This document shows positions 62,001-64,000 of a stretch of 64,000 bases of DNA, in pieces. The stretch comes from Lingula anatina (Eukaryota; Animalia; Brachiopoda). The position numbers were made by a program, and so were the translations under genes. The stretch's first letter is position 1. Each line of letters starts with the position of its first letter. The notes beneath the pieces were generated by a model that was given only the letters and a program-made list of their open reading frames with translations, was not told where the DNA came from and did not search any database. The stretch covers positions 35,656,401 through 35,720,400 of the forward strand of contig CM120641.1 of NCBI GenBank assembly GCA_051362555.1, in the 5' to 3' direction.

Positions 62001-63459
62001 GGACATACATTTGATATTACTAGCTACACATTCTTCATACTTGTAATGTTTTTAATCCTTGTGTCATTCCACAGCGTCTTTTTCATTAAATAAAAAACAA
62101 CTTGTTATGCAAGTAATTTTTTGCCTTTTTTTTTTTTTTGTTTTGTTTTTCTTTCTTATTTTACTTTTCTACAAATAAATATATATAAAAAAATTAATAT
62201 TTGTTTTAATGTCAATGATTTAAAACATTAGAAAATACACATGAAAAAACGAATAATGGTTGATATTTCTATTATTTTACTTCGGTCTGACAGATTTTGT
62301 TTCGGTCTGACAAAATTTTCAGGCTTGTCAGACCGAATGTCTGACAGATTTTTTGGCCTTTCGTAAAGTCTGTAAATGGAGGCAGTATATAATTCCAAAT
62401 TAATGGATTTGAACACCCTCACATTTGTTATTAAAACTTTTGAGTATGAAAATAATGCCTTTAACACCAACATTTCCTTTTTTTATAATTTTGCAACAGT
62501 GTCAACAATTTTATGAGCTACAGTTACACCATGTGATATCATTTAAATTAAGCAAGCTTAGTTTAAGAAATACAAGAACCCTAATACATACTTATTATAT
62601 GAGCCTTAAAATGTTGATATAATAAGCTTTTGTCTCTATGTTTATATAAAGTAAAATATAAATTATATAAAATGTGAAGAAAAGTTACTATGGTTAGCTA
62701 TGGTTAGTCAAACATTGTGAAAAGAAATAAAGAAATCAGTCTGCTGAGAGCCAAGACTTCCCGACGTGCGGTTAAACTGGTAGATCAGACTTTTCTCGGG
62801 CATAGCATTTTGCACTGGATTTACGCCAGCGCAACTGCTACACCTAACTTACAACCGGTTGGTACAACCAGGGAATTATATCCGATATAATTCCCTGGTA
62901 CAACCGGGCACTGAGTTTTACAGTCAGTTAAATAAACCATGTAGCAGAAAACTATATGTCTTAGTTGTCTTATTGGTGAAAAAGAAATCTAAGAACCTGA
63001 ATAACCAACAGCCTGGTTATTACACACTGTTCTTAATCTGACTACAAGTATTGTCTATTATTGCTGAAGGTGACTTTGTTTTGTTTTCAGCCACTGCTCC
63101 TTGTGGTGCCTCACCAAACATTGCCCAGGCCACAAAGGTATACAGCCGGTGTAGCTCCAGTTGTTGTTTTGTTGGGGGACAGGTAAATTACACGTGCCAA
63201 GCAGGTTACCAGCTCACTGGATTTGAAGGCTCCATAACATGTAACAGTGATGGGAACTATTCTGTAGATGCCAGTGTTGGAACTTGTGTTGGTGAGATAT
63301 TAGATTCTTTAAACCCTGAATTTACCAATGTTTACAAGTTACAACCCTGCTATTTTGTTAAAAACTCCTCAAATTTTGACACTATTTTCTTTTTATCTCA
63401 TAGTTAAAAGTCTTCCTTGTTTGTAAAAATGTAGCATGATTTTGAAGTTTTCTTTAAAC

Positions 63460-63534
<75 letters not shown>

Positions 63535-63837
63535 GACACTTTTTTATATAAAGTTACAGAATATATAAGAATGAGATGTGAAATGTAGTTTGTCTTATTT
63601 TTTGTCTTGTTTTTTTTTTCTTTCCAGCATTATCTTGTTCTAATTACACCCTAAACAGCAACGATCATGTGACAGGCAATGACACCAGTGGAAGCTACGT
63701 GTATGGCACAGTGATAGAGTTCACATGTGAGGACGGTTATGAGCTGGTCGGAGGAGGAGGAGCTACCACAAAACTTGTTAGATGTAGTGCATCTGGAGCC
63801 GGAGTAGACTGGGACTCGACAGTTCCCACATGTCAGG
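59087..63837 (+). CDS. C-type lectin + Sushi/CCP protein (paralogue B), 3' end beyond the window
   Basis: Exons 59087-59101, 59311-59525, 59753-59961, 63091-63291 and 63628-63837. Same phases and closely similar sequence to paralogue A. The frame is intact as far as visible. Confidence 0.85.
60840..62372. mobile_element. 1.5-kb non-autonomous hAT-like transposon with a 5-bp TSD in intron 3 of lectin paralogue B
   Basis: Perfect 16-bp TIR cagactttacgaaagg / cctttcgtaaagtctg, subterminal tcggac/tcggtctgaca repeats, TAAAT at 60835-60839 and 62373-62377. Confidence 0.88.
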
Positions 63838-63846
63838 GTATGTTTG

Positions 63847-64000
63847 CAGGGGCGGTAGGCCGTGTTCTGGGTCTTCCAGAAGACGGTCAGATTTTCAAGT
63901 TTTAATTGATGGGTATCCAATTTTTTCTGTTGGAAGACGGTCAAAAATGGAGTCTTGATCAACAAAGATAATTTGGAAGACTCTCAGAAAATATCTCTGG
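63847..64000. mobile_element. hAT-like MITE of the same family as 49987-50151, truncated by the window end
   Basis: Starts caggggcgg about 10 nt after the donor of exon 63628-63837. Its internal sequence matches 50020-50140. Confidence 0.8.

Overview
AT-rich, intron-rich animal genomic DNA (GT-AG introns, microsatellites, many MITEs). The gene content suggests a marine invertebrate, probably a lophotrochozoan, but the taxon cannot be proven from the sequence. I assembled six protein-coding genes by hand from splice sites and reading phase. (1) A 12-exon CAPN5/TRA-3-type calpain (+, 1645-13047) with an intact frame but with the catalytic Cys changed to Val and the catalytic His to Tyr, so a probable pseudoprotease. 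(2) A 15-exon SPPL2-type intramembrane aspartyl protease (-, 15800-22914). (3) LSM7 (+, 22952-25196), head-to-head with SPPL2, start codons only 37 nt apart, the same pairing as human SPPL2B/LSM7. (4) A 23-exon chitin synthase with two C-terminal SAM domains (+, 32880-46354). (5, 6) Two tandem paralogues of a C-type lectin + Sushi/CCP protein (+, 50404-53577, probably GPI-anchored; and 59087 to past the window end) whose lectin domains have diverged far more than their Sushi domains. The duplication unit also carried a decayed relic of the chitin synthase 3' end. Introns and intergenic DNA hold many non-autonomous DNA transposons, including four CA(G)..CTG elements with 5-bp target-site duplications. 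No rRNA, tRNA or CRISPR array was seen. Exon boundaries and protein lengths are manual calls and need RNA-seq confirmation.
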